Notes: generated by a model from the sequence alone, not told the origin. 64,000 nucleotides of DNA from an uncultured Pseudomonadales bacterium (GCA_964556485.1 CAZKVV010000004.1:57618-121617), one strand, 5' to 3'; shown: positions 27,074 through 37,688, numbered from the stretch's first letter. Translations and numbers: made by a program.

Positions 27074-28150
27074 CTACTTTTCCCCGAAAAAAGCTTTGAT
27101 TCCAGGAATGCGTACAGCAACAAAAGTGACCGCAAAAGAGATCGAGAGTGCCAGAACACTTCGCTCTAGCAAGTACTGCAGCAGTGGCTTATTTAAAAGT
27201 TCAATGGCATAGTCATATCTAAGATCGAGTATGTTTAAGACACAGACGTGAATGAGGTACATGCCAAATGCAGACTTTGCAATCTGGGAAACAGCAGTTT
27301 TTGCCAAGTCTGGTACTTTTGTAAACGTTCCAGTAACGAGCAGTGAAAATAAGCCAACAGATAACAGCACCACATTTGGGCTGAGGAATACGTCAAAGTA
27401 CGAAGTGCCACTGCCTTGCCAAAATGTACGAACTTCTTTGCCAAGCATGTCCAAACTAATGTATCCCAAGGCCAGCGTGGCAAGGTAGCCCACTCCAAAA
27501 AGAGTCACCGCTGTTTTAGGTGCAAGGGTTTTTTGAGCAAACACCCCGCCAAGTAAAAAGTACCCAGCATAGGGAATCCATAGCGTAAACGAGTTAAACA
27601 GGGTTTGACCTGGAATCACAAAATACTGAAGCCAATACATCAACACGCCAACGCACATAAATACCACTGCTGCTTTTGTAAGTGAAGATACAGACCAGCG
27701 GGAATATGCCAATCGAAACACTGGCAACAGCAAGTAGAGTCCCACCATAATTACCAAAAAATAGAGATGGAACATGTTTGAAAGAATCAGCATTTGAAGC
27801 ATCTCAGGCACAGGGTGGGGTTTACTCAAAAAGTGTCCTTCCCACAAACCATAAAAAACAAACCAAGCCAGCAGTGGAATAACGATTCTAAATATAACCC
27901 TAGAAAGTATTCTCGGAAAGGACTCTTTCTTTGGCAGTAATAAGTAGCCACTCAGCATGATAAACATCGGGATTGAGGACCGGGCAAATGCGCTGAGCGC
28001 ATTTGCAATCCACCAGGTTGTGCCACCCAAGAAATCTGGTCGACTATACACAGGATATAGCAAATGAATTCCTATAGCACCCAAAATGGCAACAAAGCGA
28101 ATTGCATCTGCAAAGAATAGTCTATTTGAAGTGGTGTCACTATCTTTCAT
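27074..28150 (-). CDS. Acyltransferase family 3 membrane protein (second copy)
   Basis: FADAIRFVAILGAIGIHLL N-terminus and multiple TM helices. Same family as 12793-13770 but diverged. Confidence 0.7.
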   Translation of the reverse strand: MKDSDTTSNRLFFADAIRFVAILGAIGIHLLYPVYSRPDFLGGTTWWIANALSAFARSSIPMFIMLSGYLLLPKKESFPRILSRVIFRIVIPLLAWFVFYGLWEGHFLSKPHPVPEMLQMLILSNMFHLYFLVIMVGLYLLLPVFRLAYSRWSVSSLTKAAVVFMCVGVLMYWLQYFVIPGQTLFNSFTLWIPYAGYFLLGGVFAQKTLAPKTAVTLFGVGYLATLALGYISLDMLGKEVRTFWQGSGTSYFDVFLSPNVVLLSVGLFSLLVTGTFTKVPDLAKTAVSQIAKSAFGMYLIHVCVLNILDLRYDYAIELLNKPLLQYLLERSVLALSISFAVTFVAVRIPGIKAFFGEK

Positions 28151-28196
28151 AATACAGATTATACATAGGAAACTGAGTAAAAATAACGCAACAATG

Positions 28197-28225
28197 TTGC
28201 TTTATTTAGCGTTCTGCGTTATGAT
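28197..28225 (+). promoter_or_regulatory. Sigma70-like promoter (TTGCTT-17-TATGAT) bracketed by an ATAACGCA...TGCGTTAT inverted repeat
   Basis: Inverted 8-mers at 28183-28190 and 28215-28222. The distal arm overlaps the -10. Confidence 0.4.
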
Positions 28226-28257
28226 ATCTAACATACTTGTTATTCAAAGGAAAATAT

Positions 28258-28551
28258 ATGTCATCACCAGACTTAATCAATGTCAATCATCATTCAGCTC
28301 ATCCCCATGTTTGTTCTGCATGTAGGAGGGGTTTAATGGGTGAACCAGGCGCACATGCCAGATTAATGGAACTTGAAGATACATTAGGATTAGAATTTGA
28401 TGGCCCTTTAGCATCTCAAGTAATTGCGCTCATCGAGCACATGACCGCAGAAGCATATAGTGAATTGCTTCAGGCAGTAGAGAAACATTCGTTAGCAGCA
28501 TTAATTCAATTGATTGCACTACAAAATGAAGATAGTCAATTAGAGGTCTAA
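28258..28551 (+). CDS. Hypothetical small protein (98 aa, helical) upstream partner of the 982-aa protein
   Basis: ATG with an AAAGGA RBS. Gene ends 8 nt before the large ORF. Contains HPHVCSACRRG. Confidence 0.45.
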   Translation: MSSPDLINVNHHSAHPHVCSACRRGLMGEPGAHARLMELEDTLGLEFDGPLASQVIALIEHMTAEAYSELLQAVEKHSLAALIQLIALQNEDSQLEV

Positions 28552-28559
28552 ACCTATTT

Positions 28560-31508
28560 ATGTTCCCTGCAGAGCGACAATTTTTTCGAAGGCACACAGA
28601 GCTTAGCAACTTGCCAAAGCGAAGTTCTATTGCTGTTGAAGAAAGAGTAGAAGTACCGCTCGCAGGATTGCAAGAAAAAAATATTTCAATCATCGATGGT
28701 GTTTATCGCGTTCCACTTCCATATGGAAAGATAACGTCATTGATGAATCAAACAGTAGAAACTGTTCATTGTCTGCTCACCTCTCCTGCATGGGTGAACG
28801 ATAACTCACATCCAAAATACCTCAGGCTTTGTGCATTTGCAAAAACAGTTGGTCGTGGAATTGATTTAGAACAGCGGAATGCAACAGTTGGTACAATACT
28901 TTATTGGGGATTACGTGAAAATCAAATACCCGCACTAAGTGAGCCGCTTTTGAGATTTTTGACGCAACCTCCTGAATACGTGGCTCAAGTTTTAAAAAAT
29001 AATCGACAGATTAGAACAGAACATGTCGATGCTGCATTTCTGACACTGCCTGATAGTGGGGAAATATTAGAGATTCCAGAAGGAGATAGTACAGACTCGG
29101 CTAGAAAAGCGCTCATAACGCTCGCTCTGCTTGCGGATGATCCTCAATCTGGACCCGAACAAGTATTGCGGTTCTTATATAATGCTTCAACAAGATCTTC
29201 TCAGTTTCGTCGTAGGAATAGTAGTAATACTGATGATTCATTTTTAGATTCGTTAGTATCGCAATCGGTTGCAGAGCATAATTTTTTATGGCAAGCTACA
29301 TCAAAAGCTAGTCAAATAAAAGAAAAAATGCGGGTTTTTGAAACGCATGACGCAATTGCAAGCAGCATTGGTTCATTAATAACAGTAATTGCTGAGGAAG
29401 CTTCAAACACTCATGCCCCCTCTTCCGAGATACTGGAAAGTACGCGGTTGCAAAATAAAATCCTCAATCAACAGTACTATCATATTTCTAAAAAAAAACC
29501 AAATTTAGTGACAAAACAAGAAGTACTCACAGGTGAAAAAAGTGCTTCTCCAGAAGACAAAAAAAGATTTACAAGAGAGGAATTAAGTAGGGCCTTGCAA
29601 AACTATTTAACAATTCAAAGAGCTCAAATGACTTTGGAAGGAGCGACTTCCGAACAATATTTGCATGCATTATTACAGTTTCAAAGAGGAATATTTAAGC
29701 TAGATGAAATTAATACATATAAAAGAGATGTCAAGTTGGCAATGCAGAAAGAAGTATCTGAATTGAGTCATCAGGAGGTCGCGCTTATTCTTTCAATGGA
29801 AATGGAAATACTGTCTAGACCGATTGGTACCACTCAATTGTTTCGTCAACCATTGTTAGAACAACAAGTACTGGAAGTTGCTGAAAAAATACATGAATAT
29901 GGCTTGTACTTTATTAATTCAAAATTGAGTGATGTACACAACCCAATGAACTTGCATATGTCAAATGGTCAGCTTTGCCTTACTCATACTCCAGCGCAAC
30001 TGGTGATGTTGAGTAATTTAGCAAGTCGAGCGCAAAACATGACTTCAATACTGCAAACAGCTACACCTAGAGCTCGTATTAATTTTTCAATGCCTTTAGA
30101 TTTTGGAACATCATTAATTGCTAGGAGCGTTCTGTCCATTGGATCTAGCTCTGCGGCAGGTATAGAGTTGATGAGTAATGCATCTGCAAAGCAAAAATCA
30201 ACTAAATCGAAGCTCAAATTGACGCAAGAATCTCGAATAATAAAGAAGATGGCAAAAGAAAGACCACTTACATTATTGACTGGTACAAAAAGGCAAGATG
30301 CTGCGCATCCATCAAAAAAAATCGAGAGGAAAAATAAAAAAAATATACAAACACAAGGTATCGAAAAATCAAAAAAATCTGATGTAGTTGCCGTTAAAAA
30401 AAATACGCCTACAAAACCGAAGCTTCATTTGTATTATGGACCGGCCAAAGAGGTCCATAATATCCAAATTATAAGAAAACGGCGAATAAAAAATGAAGTT
30501 GCAGCTAAAGTCGATAAAATTAAAATTCCTGCTAAAAAAATATTTAAAAAAAGTATGGTGCTCCCAAGAGCAGTTAATAAACAGAATAGAGAAACCAACA
30601 CTAATGGCTTTATTGCATTGCCTTTGGTTGATGTGGTGAATAGCATTCAACAAACAAAAAAAACGAAATCATTTTCTATAAAAAAACATACTGTTTTTAA
30701 AAGTAAAAGGAAATTGCTTGAAAATCATCAAGTTTTGGCAATAAATAGAAATGAAGGTATTCAACTTAAAAAAAGTATGGCTCAATCGATAGTAGCGATT
30801 GGAGTTGAAAAAATCAGACCTGCAGTACGCTTAGCTACAAAGGTAGTACTTAATGCATCTAGAAGAATGCAAAAAGTTTCTTTACAGCAGACAAGTAAAA
30901 AATCTGAGTTGGTTCAACTGCAAAACGACATTGAAAACACATTCACAAAAACAGTACGTGAAAAAAAGCACTTGCAAAAAATTAGACAGGTTAATGTAAG
31001 TAGGGTGATGGAAAAAAAGAATAAAAGATTATCTGATGTCGATACAATCACAACTTCTTCAGAAAATGAGTTTTATCAAAATACGGTTGTTGAAAAGAGT
31101 GAAAAAGATGAAATTGCAATGGTAGATGGCTTGGGTGTCAAAAAAAATGTTGGTGTAAAGAAGGACGCAATTGTCCATACAAAAGTTGATGTATCGTTTG
31201 CTGAAAATCTAGCTTTGGAGGACAGTTCGAGTGTTAATTCAACAATTGAGATTAATGCAAAAATAAATGCTGTCAATCAAGTTGAAGATATTTCTAGATT
31301 GTCTACAAAAAGTTATAAACACGTAAAAAAATCAGCTAAATCAGTTGCATTACTAGTTAACACTAGGGCATCAAATACTATGATTACTTTGCCAACACAT
31401 GCAATTGTTGATGTTAGTGATTCTTTTAATACAGCTCGTGAAGTAAAAATGTGGATTCAGGAGGCGATTGCATATCCAAGGCTTATAGAACGATACTATG
31501 CAACGTAA
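28560..31508 (+). CDS. Hypothetical 982-aa protein with Lys-rich basic C-terminal half, no recognised domain
   Basis: Single uninterrupted ORF. The C-terminal ~450 aa has extreme K/R content (KKIERKNKKNIQTQGIEKSKKSD...). No TM or signal peptide. Confidence 0.55.
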   Translation: MFPAERQFFRRHTELSNLPKRSSIAVEERVEVPLAGLQEKNISIIDGVYRVPLPYGKITSLMNQTVETVHCLLTSPAWVNDNSHPKYLRLCAFAKTVGRGIDLEQRNATVGTILYWGLRENQIPALSEPLLRFLTQPPEYVAQVLKNNRQIRTEHVDAAFLTLPDSGEILEIPEGDSTDSARKALITLALLADDPQSGPEQVLRFLYNASTRSSQFRRRNSSNTDDSFLDSLVSQSVAEHNFLWQATSKASQIKEKMRVFETHDAIASSIGSLITVIAEEASNTHAPSSEILESTRLQNKILNQQYYHISKKKPNLVTKQEVLTGEKSASPEDKKRFTREELSRALQNYLTIQRAQMTLEGATSEQYLHALLQFQRGIFKLDEINTYKRDVKLAMQKEVSELSHQEVALILSMEMEILSRPIGTTQLFRQPLLEQQVLEVAEKIHEYGLYFINSKLSDVHNPMNLHMSNGQLCLTHTPAQLVMLSNLASRAQNMTSILQTATPRARINFSMPLDFGTSLIARSVLSIGSSSAAGIELMSNASAKQKSTKSKLKLTQESRIIKKMAKERPLTLLTGTKRQDAAHPSKKIERKNKKNIQTQGIEKSKKSDVVAVKKNTPTKPKLHLYYGPAKEVHNIQIIRKRRIKNEVAAKVDKIKIPAKKIFKKSMVLPRAVNKQNRETNTNGFIALPLVDVVNSIQQTKKTKSFSIKKHTVFKSKRKLLENHQVLAINRNEGIQLKKSMAQSIVAIGVEKIRPAVRLATKVVLNASRRMQKVSLQQTSKKSELVQLQNDIENTFTKTVREKKHLQKIRQVNVSRVMEKKNKRLSDVDTITTSSENEFYQNTVVEKSEKDEIAMVDGLGVKKNVGVKKDAIVHTKVDVSFAENLALEDSSSVNSTIEINAKINAVNQVEDISRLSTKSYKHVKKSAKSVALLVNTRASNTMITLPTHAIVDVSDSFNTAREVKMWIQEAIAYPRLIERYYAT

Positions 31509-31762
31509 AAAACTTCGAGTTATTGTCAGGCCATGGCAACCGAGAAATGTGCCTTATGCGATAAATCAATCACTTCTTAAGATGTTCATTCAGACTCATG
31601 TATCGTTTTTTGATGAAGTTATTTATTTAGGATGGGTTAGAAGATTGGAAAAGAGTAAGAGAGTGGTGAAGTTTATGGTTGCAACCGGGCCAACTAGATT
31701 GATTGCAAAAAAAAGATTTAAGGAAGATAGTCCTAAAGTAGGTGAATTATGGGAAATATATC

Positions 31763-33745
31763 CTAGTATACAATCACCCCTCCAGGGCTCACTTGATCCT
31801 GAATGATCATTTCCACAATTGGATTTTCTAGTTTTTCTTGAATAACTCGTTGCAAGCCTCGAGCTCCATACTTTGGATCATAAGCAGACTCTGCTAAAAA
31901 TTGTATTGTTTCAGGTTTCACTTCAAGTGTTATGCCGCGGGCATAAAGTTCGATTGCAAGCTTGCGAATTTGTAATTCTGCTATTCCAATTAGTGACTCT
32001 ACATCTAGGGCTTTAAATACTACGACATCATCAAAACGATTTAAGAACTCTATTCTGAAATAATCTTGCATTATTTCTTTGATTTCTTTTTCAATTTCAT
32101 ACTGTTGCTTTCCTTCTTCTATCAAGTCTAATATATCTTCTATACCTGCATTTGATGTAGCAATGATCATGGTATTGCGAAAATCTACCAACTTTCCTCT
32201 TCCATCCGTGAGCCTGCCGTCATCTAGAATTTGCAAAAAAACATCGAATACTTTTGGGTGTGCTTTTTCGATTTCATCAAGTAAAACTAGCGAGTAGGGT
32301 TTATTTTTTACAGGATTAGTAAGTTGTCCACCCTCTTCAAACCCTACATATCCTGGAGGTGCGCCAATGAGTCTTTGCACAGTATGTGGTTCAGAATATT
32401 CAGACATATCAATTCTAATCATATTTTCTTCATCACCAAAAATCTCATGTGCTAATACTTTTGCAAGTTCGGTTTTTCCAACTCCAGATGGACCTACTAA
32501 TAGAAATGAACCGATAGGCTTGTTCATTTTATTCAAACCTAAACGAGAGCGCTGAATGCTCCTTGCGATTTTGGTGATAGCATGGTTTTGTCCTTTTACT
32601 CTTTGTGAAATACGTTCGTCTAATTGCGAGAGGTCTTTTTTATCATAATCGGTTAAAGATGCGATTGGTATGTTTGCTTTTTGAGATACGACGACGCGCA
32701 CTAATTCAGGAGTAACTTCTGTTTCATTTTGATTTTTTGTAAAATGAGCAACTTCTTCCATGAGACTAATTCCTTTAGCAGGAAATGAAAGTTCGCTGAT
32801 GTGTTGTCTTGTTAACTTAATTATTTCTTCAAGTGAGTTGTCTGCGTACACAACTTGCGTTTGATTTGCAATGCGTTCTTGATGTACTGACAAAATTGCT
32901 CTAAGTTCGTTTTGGTCTGGCTCACTTAGTATTGAGACGTCAAATTTGGATATCATTCCCGGTTGTTCTGCTGCAAATTTTCGATAAGATGTTTCACTTG
33001 AGGTGGCAATGACTTGCGTTTTGTCAATTAAAAAACTAATTTGAGCAGTAGAAAATGAGAACAGTTCATCAAGGAAAAATAAACTCTTTCCCTCAGAAGA
33101 AGAAAGAATATTGAGCACTTGATCTTCAAGAGTGTCAGACCCTGGGAACAGTTGAAAGGTTTGTCGTGAGCCCGCAAGCCGCATCACAGTTTTAGCAAGT
33201 GCTGTTTTTCCAACACCAGCAGGCCCAATAATGAGTACGTTGTTTCTTTCACTCAAGTGCAGTACACGAAGAGCGTTGTTAATTTCTTGTTTTCTACCAA
33301 TAAAATCTACATCACTAGCGAAATCATGTAGTTTGTGCAAATTCTTCCTAAGTAATTCTTTAAGGACATTTGAATAATGTGAATCGAGTTTTTCTTGCTC
33401 TAATATTTTAAGGGCGGCTAAGAATACAACATGCTCGTCTGTATCAGGGCAAGATAATACTCTTCGTTGGATAGCGCATTCGTGTAAAAAGTCTTGATGA
33501 TATTTTTTTTCTTTTGTTAATCCAAATTGAAAGTGATTTTTTGGTTGATTTTGTTCGGAAATGATTCTTTCTAACTTTTCGGAAAGAGAATCAGTGGAAA
33601 AAAGAGATTGTAGAGTTGGGCTTGCGCTCAATGATTCCTGTGCAAAATGAGCAGCGAACTGCGCTTTTGATTGCCCAATCTCAAGTGTGGTATCTGAAAG
33701 TGAGTGAAAATAGTCCATAGTAAGTGAATAAATTATTATACGCAA
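31763..33745 (-). CDS. Clp/Hsp100-family AAA+ ATPase (ClpC/ClpA-like, two AAA modules, lacks canonical N-domain and ClpB middle domain)
   Basis: D1 Walker A GPAGVGKT and Walker B FFLDELF. D2 Walker A GPSGVGKT, Walker B LVLLDEIEKAH, sensor ATSN and the C-terminal GARGLQRVIQ motif. Confidence 0.8.
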   Translation of the reverse strand: MRIIIYSLTMDYFHSLSDTTLEIGQSKAQFAAHFAQESLSASPTLQSLFSTDSLSEKLERIISEQNQPKNHFQFGLTKEKKYHQDFLHECAIQRRVLSCPDTDEHVVFLAALKILEQEKLDSHYSNVLKELLRKNLHKLHDFASDVDFIGRKQEINNALRVLHLSERNNVLIIGPAGVGKTALAKTVMRLAGSRQTFQLFPGSDTLEDQVLNILSSSEGKSLFFLDELFSFSTAQISFLIDKTQVIATSSETSYRKFAAEQPGMISKFDVSILSEPDQNELRAILSVHQERIANQTQVVYADNSLEEIIKLTRQHISELSFPAKGISLMEEVAHFTKNQNETEVTPELVRVVVSQKANIPIASLTDYDKKDLSQLDERISQRVKGQNHAITKIARSIQRSRLGLNKMNKPIGSFLLVGPSGVGKTELAKVLAHEIFGDEENMIRIDMSEYSEPHTVQRLIGAPPGYVGFEEGGQLTNPVKNKPYSLVLLDEIEKAHPKVFDVFLQILDDGRLTDGRGKLVDFRNTMIIATSNAGIEDILDLIEEGKQQYEIEKEIKEIMQDYFRIEFLNRFDDVVVFKALDVESLIGIAELQIRKLAIELYARGITLEVKPETIQFLAESAYDPKYGARGLQRVIQEKLENPIVEMIIQDQVSPGGVIVY

Positions 33746-33789
33746 CTTAGTTGCATTTCACAAGTGACAGTATTGCAGTTTGGGAGAAG

Positions 33790-34107
33790 TTACCTAAAAA
33801 TAATAAAATTCTCTAATAGAGAAGCAATTAGGATTGAAGTGAGTAGAAAAGTGGTTGCTTGAACGATTGAGACAACTTTAGGGTAAAGCTCTTTTTCCGG
33901 CAGAATAAGCAGATGAGTTATTTTGGCTACATTTTGAAATAACAGAAAAGTAGTTATTCCAATTAGAACGCTAAGTGCTATTACGAACTCAATTTTTGTC
34001 GAAAATCCCCTCATAGAAATGAGATGTCCCGCAAGTGTGACTAATCTGAAAAACAAGTAAATGTGTAAGCCTGAAAAGCTAAAAAAATAAAGATCCCTAG
34101 TTTTCAT
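33790..34107 (-). CDS. Hypothetical small membrane protein
   Basis: Three hydrophobic helices. Weak call. Confidence 0.35.
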   Translation of the reverse strand: MKTRDLYFFSFSGLHIYLFFRLVTLAGHLISMRGFSTKIEFVIALSVLIGITTFLLFQNVAKITHLLILPEKELYPKVVSIVQATTFLLTSILIASLLENFIIFR

Positions 34108-34293
34108 AGCTTCTGTTTTTTCTTAATTTTAGTTTGTATCCAAACGGATGTACTCCCAACACTAGCAATAATTGAAAAAGAAATTAATTGAATGAATTGG
34201 GGAATATTTTGAATACATACCCCACCCGAATTACAAATTGGGATACGAATGGCTGAGCAAACTGCACACATAGGTAGTATTGTACTACTTATT

Positions 34294-35490
34294 TTATCCA
34301 GATAAAACTTTCTTTAAATAAGATGTGTATTGTTTTTTTACAATTAAAGATATTTGTTGTTGTTGAATATGGGTGATATGCGTACCAAGTGGCAGATAGA
34401 TAATTTTTTGATTATCACTCCACTTTGATTCATTTAACTCTAAACGCAGTAACAGTCCAGAGGATCTAATGTCTGATACAATTTTTTCAGCTCTATGCTT
34501 TGGAAGTAGAAGTGGCCAGCCTCGGAGTTCGCCGCGGTCACTTGAGGGATAGAGTGGTTGAACCAATGGAAAGGCTTTTTCATAGTACAGAACTTGTGCA
34601 GTTTTGACTTTTTTGATTGCCTCAAAGTTTGTTTTCATATATGCAGCAAAAAAAGGCTTCCAGCCTGCAGCAGGTTTTTTTGCATCGCCAATGAGATGGT
34701 ACCCCTGCAACATTGACCATTCAGCAGATCTTGCAAAACAAATTGACAGCTTTGGAGTTGAAGAGAAAAAATGCGACAGTTTCCACAGTATGAGCATTAT
34801 CAGCCACAAGGCTGTTGCTTCAATAGCGTAGGGAAGCGATTGCCAGATACTGGGAGCTTTCCAAATCAGACTTTGCTTTGATCCATACAACACACTGCCT
34901 TGCAGCGGCACTACTTTACGTAAACTCGAGAGTAAAAAATGGTTAGTGTGGAGAAATCGCACTTGGCGGGGTTCAACAATTCGATGCACGCAGTCTTCTA
35001 TCAGTATTGTTTCCGGTGAGAAATCTGGTAACCAGGATGTGCTTTGTTCAAATAGAGAGTTCGTTATACCAACCGCATGTAAAATAACCACAACTTGGGG
35101 TTGATACTTTGTAAGAGCAGATTTAAAAACTTTTACTGGGGTTTGTAGGTCAGCAGATACCGAGTACCAAGCAATATTGTATCCATGATCTTTGATATTT
35201 CCTTCAACATCACCACAAAAAAAAGTTGGCACCAGTACGGTGCTACCAAAAGGAACTTTTTTCTTTTCAAGAATGTCCCACAATGCATCTTCCCAGGAGA
35301 GGTAAAAAAGTGAGGTAGCGTTGTTTGGAAATGGTTGCGGTGCACTTTTATTTGAGACTTTGGGTAGAAAAATGGGTTGAACAGATAACATAGTTTTTTG
35401 ATCTCGAACTGCTATTGTACCAAAGACTTGACAACAATTTGGCAGTCGTTGTATTATTCTGCCAATTGTGCATTTTAGTACTAAGCACAA
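34294..35490 (-). CDS. Hypothetical protein (~360-398 aa)
   Basis: Long ORF, start uncertain (MCLV... or internal MLSVQP). No recognised motif. Confidence 0.45.
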   Translation of the reverse strand: MCLVLKCTIGRIIQRLPNCCQVFGTIAVRDQKTMLSVQPIFLPKVSNKSAPQPFPNNATSLFYLSWEDALWDILEKKKVPFGSTVLVPTFFCGDVEGNIKDHGYNIAWYSVSADLQTPVKVFKSALTKYQPQVVVILHAVGITNSLFEQSTSWLPDFSPETILIEDCVHRIVEPRQVRFLHTNHFLLSSLRKVVPLQGSVLYGSKQSLIWKAPSIWQSLPYAIEATALWLIMLILWKLSHFFSSTPKLSICFARSAEWSMLQGYHLIGDAKKPAAGWKPFFAAYMKTNFEAIKKVKTAQVLYYEKAFPLVQPLYPSSDRGELRGWPLLLPKHRAEKIVSDIRSSGLLLRLELNESKWSDNQKIIYLPLGTHITHIQQQQISLIVKKQYTSYLKKVLSG

Positions 35491-35526
35491 CAGTAAAAAG
35501 TACCTATATAGAAAGGAATAAGTGGT

Positions 35527-35946
35527 ATGTCAAATATTGTTCCACTTCGATCGATGCTTAATACATTTGGACGTTTGCCAAACTTTTGGGATGACGAAGA
35601 TCTCTCGCTTTTTTCAGGTCCTGTAGGTCGAGATGTCGATGTGTTTGAAACTGAAAATCAAGTGACGGTTAAAGCTAATGTTGCAGGTGTAGACACAAAA
35701 GATATTGATGTGACTTTTGAAAAGGGTGTGCTGTGGATTCAAGCCAAATCAGAAGTTCAAGAAGAAGATAAGAAGAACAAGTATTACGCTAAATCCTCTT
35801 GGAACTACTCATACAAGGTTGCAGTTCCCGGTTTCATCGATCATAGTAAAGAACCAGAAGTGTCGCTGACCAATGGAGTCTTAACTGCAACGTTTAGCAA
35901 GTCGGAGGCTTCAAAACCCAAAAAACTTACGGTAAAACAAAAGTAG
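35527..35946 (+). CDS. Hsp20/alpha-crystallin small heat-shock protein
   Basis: Alpha-crystallin domain DVFETENQVTVKANVAGV...GVLTATF. 139 aa. Confidence 0.85.
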   Translation: MSNIVPLRSMLNTFGRLPNFWDDEDLSLFSGPVGRDVDVFETENQVTVKANVAGVDTKDIDVTFEKGVLWIQAKSEVQEEDKKNKYYAKSSWNYSYKVAVPGFIDHSKEPEVSLTNGVLTATFSKSEASKPKKLTVKQK

Positions 35947-35972
35947 AATCATAACAAAAAAGGAGCTGAGGT

Positions 35973-37166
35973 ATGTCATCACCTTTTTCTAGAGGTCTAT
36001 TCTTAGGTTTAGGTATTACAGCTATTGTGCTGGGCAGCTTTTTTGCCGGCGCTTGGGCAGATAGAGTATTTGTGGTCACACCTGTTGATTATTTTGCTGC
36101 TAGATCTCAAAAAATGGGTGATGACACTCAATCCCCTTTACTTGGTCAACCTGCATCAGAGCAATCGGTGGTGGGAATTGCCGAGTCTGCTTCAAAATCA
36201 GTAGTAACTGTGGCTGTTAAACGAAAATTACCGGTATATTCGTCTGGCAACTCGCTTTTTGGGTTACAACAATTCTTTGGTTTTCAAGTTCCACAGCAAG
36301 TGCCTGATTCATTTAAAGAATCCCAAGAAGATATTGGAACTGGTTTTGTGGTGGATTCAGCAGGACTAGTGATTACCAATAAACATGTAGTTGGAGCAGT
36401 GGGTGAAACGTACTTAGTTATTGATAATGATAATAAAGAGTATGAAGTAACCAAAATATATCGCGATCCCATTAACGATTTGGCTATTTTGCAGATAGAA
36501 GCGCAACTGCCTCCACTTGGATTAGGAGATTCAGATACGCTCAAAGTTGGAGAAGGTGTCGTAGCAATTGGGACTGCGTTGGGAGAGTTTAGACACACGG
36601 TTACAACTGGAGTGGTATCAGGACTTGGTCGTGGTATTACTGCTGGTGATGGGTATGGTTTTGAAACGGAGTCGCTTGAAAATGTGATCCAAACAGATGC
36701 TGCAATTAACCCGGGAAATTCTGGTGGTCCGTTGATTAATTTTAAAGGTGAAGTAATTGGAGTGAATGTGGCAGTTTCTCAAGGGGCAGAAAATATTGGA
36801 TTTGCACTGCCCATTAATACAATACGAGCATCGCTCGAAAATTTTGCACAGACTGGTAGTTTTGAAAGAGCATTCCTTGGTGTGAAATATCAAGTTATTA
36901 CTAAGGAGTCAGCGTTGCTTAATGAGGTTCCCCATGGTGCATACGTTGTTGAAATTTCGGAGGATTCTCCAGCTGCAAAGGCAGGAATACAACAAGGGGA
37001 TATTATTACTGCTTTTGAAGGTGTAAAGCTTGAGGGTGACAATGATCTTATAGAGCAAATCGGTAAAAAACGAGTCGGGGATACTGTAACGATTGAAGTG
37101 TATAAGATTGCATTAAAAGAGAAAAAAACACTGCAAGTGTTATTGGAAGAGTCAAAAGGGAATTAA
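35973..37166 (+). CDS. htrA: HtrA/DegP-family serine protease with C-terminal PDZ domain
   Basis: Catalytic motifs TNKHVV (His), D, GNSGGPL (Ser). PDZ GAYVVEISEDSPAAKAGIQQGD. N-terminal TM anchor. Confidence 0.85.
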   Translation: MSSPFSRGLFLGLGITAIVLGSFFAGAWADRVFVVTPVDYFAARSQKMGDDTQSPLLGQPASEQSVVGIAESASKSVVTVAVKRKLPVYSSGNSLFGLQQFFGFQVPQQVPDSFKESQEDIGTGFVVDSAGLVITNKHVVGAVGETYLVIDNDNKEYEVTKIYRDPINDLAILQIEAQLPPLGLGDSDTLKVGEGVVAIGTALGEFRHTVTTGVVSGLGRGITAGDGYGFETESLENVIQTDAAINPGNSGGPLINFKGEVIGVNVAVSQGAENIGFALPINTIRASLENFAQTGSFERAFLGVKYQVITKESALLNEVPHGAYVVEISEDSPAAKAGIQQGDIITAFEGVKLEGDNDLIEQIGKKRVGDTVTIEVYKIALKEKKTLQVLLEESKGN

Positions 37167-37172
37167 ACAGAA

Positions 37173-37196
37173 AAGCGCGCTCTTTCGAGCGCGCTT
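37173..37196. terminator. GC-rich bidirectional terminator (AAGCGCGCTC-TTTC-GAGCGCGCTT)
   Basis: Perfect 10-bp stem between the convergent htrA (+) and 37224-37688 (-) genes. Confidence 0.7.
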
Positions 37197-37223
37197 CCAA
37201 TACAAACATATTATTTTTTTAAT

Positions 37224-37688
37224 TTACTTGCCAGTGACAACCAACTCCGGGTTTGGCCCGGTTACGGTTACCCATAACCTTCCAAATCGTTGATTGATGC
37301 CAGGACCTGAAGTCGAGGCATACCAAGTTCGTAATGTACAGTCGCTATTGCAAGCGACGTCAATTTCAAACATGGTTTCAACAACCTGGAATTGAGCGCC
37401 GTCCGCGCGAATGAGATCTGAACACTTGTAGACATCAACCGGTGTAGGATAACCGCCTCCTGATGTCGTCATAGAAATTGAATCTGTCGGAGATGTCCCC
37501 GCTTCACTGCACAGGAGCTCAAAAGCACCTAGATTTTGAGCTTCTTCGATCTCGTATCCGCTGAGATAATCAGAGGAACCAGCGGAATAAATATTGGCAT
37601 ACACATCCCCATTATCGGGGACTACTGTTGCTGTAACAGGCTGGGTCATCCCCATCAAAAACATAATTATAGCGATTAAAAGATCCAT
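37224..37688 (-). CDS. Hypothetical secreted protein (154 aa)
   Basis: N-terminal signal peptide MDLLIAIIMFLMGMTQPVTA. Four Cys. Confidence 0.5.
   Translation of the reverse strand: MDLLIAIIMFLMGMTQPVTATVVPDNGDVYANIYSAGSSDYLSGYEIEEAQNLGAFELLCSEAGTSPTDSISMTTSGGGYPTPVDVYKCSDLIRADGAQFQVVETMFEIDVACNSDCTLRTWYASTSGPGINQRFGRLWVTVTGPNPELVVTGK

Noticed and set aside
31498-31806. 102-aa basic ORF overlapping the 3' ends of the 982-aa gene and the Clp gene
   Set aside because: It overlaps two better-supported genes and there is no RBS. Could be real but is unsupported
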